From contig CALDRG010000063.1 in the NCBI GenBank assembly GCA_937911265.1, positions 5,862 through 69,861 on the forward strand: a stretch of DNA of 64,000 nt, written 5' to 3'. This stretch comes from an uncultured euryarchaeote (GTDB taxonomy: Archaea > Thermoplasmatota > Poseidoniia > Poseidoniales > Thalassarchaeaceae). A program made the translations under genes and the position numbers. Positions 60,701-64,000 of the stretch are shown here, in pieces (the first letter of the stretch is position 1; every line of letters begins with the position of its first letter). The notes under the pieces are model-generated. The model had not been told where the DNA came from. It saw only the letters and a list, made by a program, of their open reading frames with translations, and ran no database searches.

Positions 60701-60926
60701 TTCCTGGATCGTTTGCGAAGTCTAGCTTAGCGTCAAAAATCTCCTCCTGTAGGGAGTACTGCAGGAATGCTTGTGACAGGCCGACTCCGTAAGCGAGAAC
60801 CGTTGAGATAACCAAGGATGCTAGAAAGACGCCAGCGAAGACGGCCAGTACCCTCTCCCTACTGCGCCAAGAGCTTTTTGCGGCCATCACCAGATTGTCT
60901 GGTAGAGATATCAATCGATTCTTCAT
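57786..60926 (-). CDS. FtsX/MacB-like ABC permease (duplicated)
   Basis: QRKREISIHRVIGG and QRKRELAILQAIGAS; two large extracellular domains. Confidence 0.9.
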   Translation of the reverse strand: MKNRLISLPDNLVMAAKSSWRSRERVLAVFAGVFLASLVISTVLAYGVGLSQAFLQYSLQEEIFDAKLDFANDPGNDVDGRTNDSLLWESMCDEFVEMEEFSDCGLVYGRQGVRVDGFFDEDFFIAQPLNVIAAMGPTGDWANVSWDYPEAYESGPPINDDRTLRFYGDGIWDGELGERHSTRGQDSRIIYGSWPTSAEDAAANRSIVLPSKVASNAGVGVNDTISSLTFTYVTGYLGYQNINEDFEDCQGEEDFNTESGYKYCRVNMTVYNLTVAAVYQEGGAGNPTLLFNPVIVSDAVLSDEQKLILMDNDHGYLGLAVDRNQLPTTSTADATKWLDVLKEEVEAGNYTSAGILVEYNDLISGTITFLNIFLGIIQVFDYILMIPIVILSFSVLIYGLVLSLEQRKREISIHRVIGGTEGTLTGMIMLELAVTSLFAWFAGYTLALLSVPLVLDAVGFMSFRSGGIDINPTLSFWQTLFIVLLTVGVSLLFGKSRTRDFLRIEIDEGVRKVSEKREPRTWLHMIVFGIGLLAYLESWIQSNGGWGSFGSDGIISNFILNALLLLLGPFFLWIGGALVLGRIGAAGPNILTMLLSWSPAVSDIRRGLRGSGSSESVNRLAVIMLLTLSIVTLAAVQGYTGTIVDQRTTSAQTGADMQVQFDSPVTEEQARAEVMLAIQGVGDSDITDIDAMTSVGDIFTNKKGEGSLIRTWVLFEGHEDTLIWDTQTVPQDDIDNAVNAWKNGGFSAGSQARSQLDLSSGDSGGLNPSETEVNPGLAITIEYTEYSYSFGPDGLVVTSTVTEADISYIGGHQWVPGLPSSEADQAIVVSESTYRALVGDTVADSYASNRWFFELCDQTNEDCADALRALSAEVVNGNGVSAASDWSTAHRENERNGGLIFGTPGLLSLQFIVASLASVASAFVFLSLVLTQRKRELAILQAIGASPNQVMRLVLFEILSILTVSMALGVILGLAIAEAFNGFFGIFGYIFQIFLGQSAPIARELVWPWLDLALVNVSVLIAVMIALLYTTRRALQADLAVVLKGE

Positions 60927-61675
60927 TCACCGACCCCCGAATATTCTCCCCACGCTGATCGGATGTCGGATGCTGCCGTAACACCATCCCGGAGCAACAG
61001 CATCCTATCGGCCATCGATGCCAACGTGGGGTCGTGAGTAACCATCAGGACTGATATTCCGTCCTCTTCGCAAAGTTGCTTGAACAGGTCGATAATCTCC
61101 TGGCCACTCTTAACATCGAGATTTCCTGTGGGCTCATCTGCGAGCAGAAGTGGCCGGGAACCTGCGATTGCCCTAGCAATAGCGACTCTCTGTCTCTGGC
61201 CACCAGACAGCTGGTCCGGGATGAATTCCATACGATCCGCTAGGCCGACCCTCTCGAGAGCATCTCTAGCCTGCTTCTCCGCTTGTGCAGAGGGGACTCC
61301 AGAAAGCTCCAATGCAAAAACGACGTTGTCCAATGCGTTTAGTCTGTCAATTAGGTGAAAATCTTGGAATATCCAGCCAACTCCTTTCCTTCGGACATCC
61401 ACCACACGGCTGGGGCTTTTCGTGCCGTAGTTGAACTGATCCAGTGAGATTGAGCCAGAGTCGGCACCCAATAGTCCTCCAATAATGTTGAGCAGTGTAG
61501 ATTTTCCACACCCAGAGGGGCCCATGAGAGCCACCAGTTCCCCGGGCTCGATTCCGAGATTGATTCCCTTTAGAACCTCTAGTCTACGTCTTCCAGAGCC
61601 GAAGCCTTTGTGCAAGTCTGCGACGCGAAGCACAGCCCTACGGGCTGAAAATAGCATATAAGCAGTTGTTGTCAA
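60923..61675 (-). CDS. ABC ATPase (LolD-like)
   Basis: GPSGCGKS, LSGGQRQR, LADEPTGNLD, VTHD. Confidence 0.93.
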   Translation of the reverse strand: MTTTAYMLFSARRAVLRVADLHKGFGSGRRRLEVLKGINLGIEPGELVALMGPSGCGKSTLLNIIGGLLGADSGSISLDQFNYGTKSPSRVVDVRRKGVGWIFQDFHLIDRLNALDNVVFALELSGVPSAQAEKQARDALERVGLADRMEFIPDQLSGGQRQRVAIARAIAGSRPLLLADEPTGNLDVKSGQEIIDLFKQLCEEDGISVLMVTHDPTLASMADRMLLLRDGVTAASDIRSAWGEYSGVGE

Positions 61676-62757
61676 CCACCTTGGGTTGCATCATAGTAAG
61701 CTTCAGCCATGGCTTGTCCTTGCGCCTCAGCACTCAAAGCATCCCTTACATGATCAACTAGAGAGTCATCTGAATTTCTAGGAACTCCACCTGCTCGCTT
61801 CCAAGCCGCGTGCACGCTCACAACCTTGTCTACCCATGCCATGACATCGGTCGCCGGCAGAAGGCATCGCCCCGGAATCACCTCGTTATGCGCAGGGAGA
61901 TTGGCTGCGATGACAGGGCATCCGGCGGCCATCGCTTCTGCAGGTGGGTAGCCAAAGCCCTCTGAAATGCTCGGGAACAGTAAGGCCTCGGCATGCTGGA
62001 AGGCGGCCACAAGTTGCTCGTCATCCAACTCGACTTCGCTTCCGATGTGGAGCATGTGGATGTCACTGGCTACCTCTTCGGGAAGACTGGTCATTACCTC
62101 TCGAACGAAGCCGAGACGCTTGCGAGGCTCATCGCTGCCGACGGTAATCAGTAGGCACTTCGTGTCGTCGTCGTGCTCGGCAATGAGTTCGCGGGAGCGT
62201 GGATTGCCCTCCGGGTCCCAGTAGTCAAGGTCGATCTGGTGTCGAACGAGCGCGGTTGGCTTACCCGGGAACATTCGCTCCACATCCCTCCTAGTCATCT
62301 CCGAGACGCAGATTAGCAGGTCTGCCCTCGCCAGTCCCTGCTTCAATCGCTTGAGATCGCGACGGCGGAACACACCGGGCCTTTGGTCACCAACGGGGAC
62401 TCTGATGTCGCCGGCTTTGATCTGGCGTGGCTCAAGGTGAAACATATCGTGAACGGTCACCACTACGGGTATGGCACAGGCCTCGGGGACAAGGTGGGCT
62501 TGCTCTTGATCGGTTATGTGCAGGAGGTCGGCTTCCGAGCTCGCCACGGAGGATGAGATGAAAGCAGGGTGCTTGCGCCACCTAGTAAGAAGGCGATTTG
62601 GTGCGAAACTCAGAATCTGGTGCTCAAGAGTGGTCACCTTAGACCATCCCGGGACCATTGCGTGCTGGAGCAGTGACTCGACGGCATGGTGAGCGCGGCC
62701 CAGACCGGTACTCGACGGGAGGGCGGCACCCCTAGCTAGCACAACTCGCTTGACCAT
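61672..62757 (-). CDS. Glycosyltransferase family 4
   Basis: VTVHD, VGSDEPRK, FPSISEGFGYPPAEAMAAGCPVI. Confidence 0.88.
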   Translation of the reverse strand: MVKRVVLARGAALPSSTGLGRAHHAVESLLQHAMVPGWSKVTTLEHQILSFAPNRLLTRWRKHPAFISSSVASSEADLLHITDQEQAHLVPEACAIPVVVTVHDMFHLEPRQIKAGDIRVPVGDQRPGVFRRRDLKRLKQGLARADLLICVSEMTRRDVERMFPGKPTALVRHQIDLDYWDPEGNPRSRELIAEHDDDTKCLLITVGSDEPRKRLGFVREVMTSLPEEVASDIHMLHIGSEVELDDEQLVAAFQHAEALLFPSISEGFGYPPAEAMAAGCPVIAANLPAHNEVIPGRCLLPATDVMAWVDKVVSVHAAWKRAGGVPRNSDDSLVDHVRDALSAEAQGQAMAEAYYDATQGG

Positions 62758-62808
62758 GCGCCCACCAAGGCGTATCGGACTTAAACGAGGGCGGGTGATG
62801 GGTCGGAT

Positions 62809-64000
62809 ATGACGAGTAATGGGGAACACAGTCCCTCTGCCGGCGGCCTAGTGGTCGCAAAGGGCAGTTTCGCTGCAATGGGAGGTGCCGAGCGTGACTT
62901 GATGCGTAACCTCCCTGCGTTTGCTCGAAGGTTTTCGGTTAGCGTGGCAACGCTCCATCCTGTGCCAGAGCTAGAATCGCTCTGCTCAGGGCTCGGAGTG
63001 CCTCTGATATCCCCCGATGAGGCATGGGAAATGCCGACCGACGCACTCTCAACCGTGCTCGACTCAGGAAATGACACGGCCGCAAAGGCATGGCAAAGAT
63101 GCTCCGACCTTGCTGAGACGTTAGCCGCTTCGGATGCCGTCCACTTGGTCAGTGGAGACGGTAGCCTTGCTCTGCTCGAACACGTGCCCGATTCAGTGGC
63201 AGTTCACCTCCACCTGCTCGAGCCGCATCGCGGCCTACATGAGGATGTTCTCCACAGAGAAATCGATGGCTCGCCCAAACGCAGCCTAGGTCTGACAACC
63301 GCCCTGCTATCACGGGCGAGACGGCGTGACATTGAGGCCATCCGCGGTCTGACAGACAGACCATGCTCAGCAATTAGCGGCAACTCCAGTTACACCGCCG
63401 CTCGCATTGGCGAGGTTTACGGTGTCAAGGCAGGAGTGCTGCTACCTAGCGTCGTATCGGATGAGTTTCCTGCCGAGGCGGGGTCAGACGAGCCGACTGG
63501 GTCACAAGACATCGCTGCACCATACTCTGTGAGCGTGGGTCGGGCCGGCTGGGTGAAGGGCACATGGGAGACGGTCTCGATGCTGGCCGGCAGCGGAGTC
63601 TCACTTGTTCATGTCGGAGGCGGTGCTGCAGAAGACCTCGTGCATCTCACCCAACACGCTGAATCGTGCGGAGTTGGACTATGGATTGCCCCGCGCCTCA
63701 GTTCTCCTGAGATGGCATCGCTGATTCGGAGCGCTAGGGCTGTTGTAAGTATGGCTCATGGCGAGCCCTTCGGACTCACGCCGGTCGAAGCTTTCTCCGT
63801 CGGTACGCCAGCCCTCTTTGTCGACGAGGGCGGCTTCCGCGACACCGTGATCGACGGCGTGAACGGCCGCCTCCTGAAGCGGGGCGACCAAGCGGCCTGG
63901 CACTCCGCTCTCGAACAGGCCGCGGATGCACAGACCCGTGCCCGCTGGGCCGAGGCAGGCCGCTCTAGGATAGCGGAACTTGATCTCAGCCCAGAAGCCC
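62809..64000 (+). CDS. Glycosyltransferase family 4, 3'-truncated by the window edge (not in the ORF track)
   Basis: Hand translation from ATG 62809: GGAERDL ... GEPFGLTPVEAFSVGTP in the same frame. Confidence 0.85.
   Translation, partial: MTSNGEHSPSAGGLVVAKGSFAAMGGAERDLMRNLPAFARRFSVSVATLHPVPELESLCSGLGVPLISPDEAWEMPTDALSTVLDSGNDTAAKAWQRCSDLAETLAASDAVHLVSGDGSLALLEHVPDSVAVHLHLLEPHRGLHEDVLHREIDGSPKRSLGLTTALLSRARRRDIEAIRGLTDRPCSAISGNSSYTAARIGEVYGVKAGVLLPSVVSDEFPAEAGSDEPTGSQDIAAPYSVSVGRAGWVKGTWETVSMLAGSGVSLVHVGGGAAEDLVHLTQHAESCGVGLWIAPRLSSPEMASLIRSARAVVSMAHGEPFGLTPVEAFSVGTPALFVDEGGFRDTVIDGVNGRLLKRGDQAAWHSALEQAADAQTRARWAEAGRSRIAELDLSPEA

Overview
Gene-dense archaeal chromosome segment of roughly 55-60% GC (estimated by eye). 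Markers such as Rpo6, RadA, Hel308, Cgi121, Taw1 and an A1:U72 initiator tRNA-Met, together with many secreted peptidases, large acidic membrane-anchored surface proteins and bacterial-type genes (uvrC, guaB, orn, thiN, pyrC), point to Thermoplasmatota, most likely Marine Group II/Poseidoniales (inference). I count about 54 CDS and one tRNA, with no CRISPR array, rRNA, integrase or transposase. The best leads are: (1) an ~80-aa insertion in Hel308 carrying a BRCA2-BRC-like PxxxGFxxAS motif, 4 kb from radA; (2) a TYW2 that looks eukaryotic, paired with a JAMM protease and followed by a ~21% GC palindrome-bearing spacer and an oligoribonuclease; (3) an M29 aminopeptidase homolog that has lost most of its metal ligands, next to thiN; (4) a kexin/furin-like surface protease with a four-fold Ca-binding super-repeat; (5) an unannotated ~1000-aa surface protein with a cryptic three-fold repeat. 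All assignments rest on motif recognition; no database search was run.
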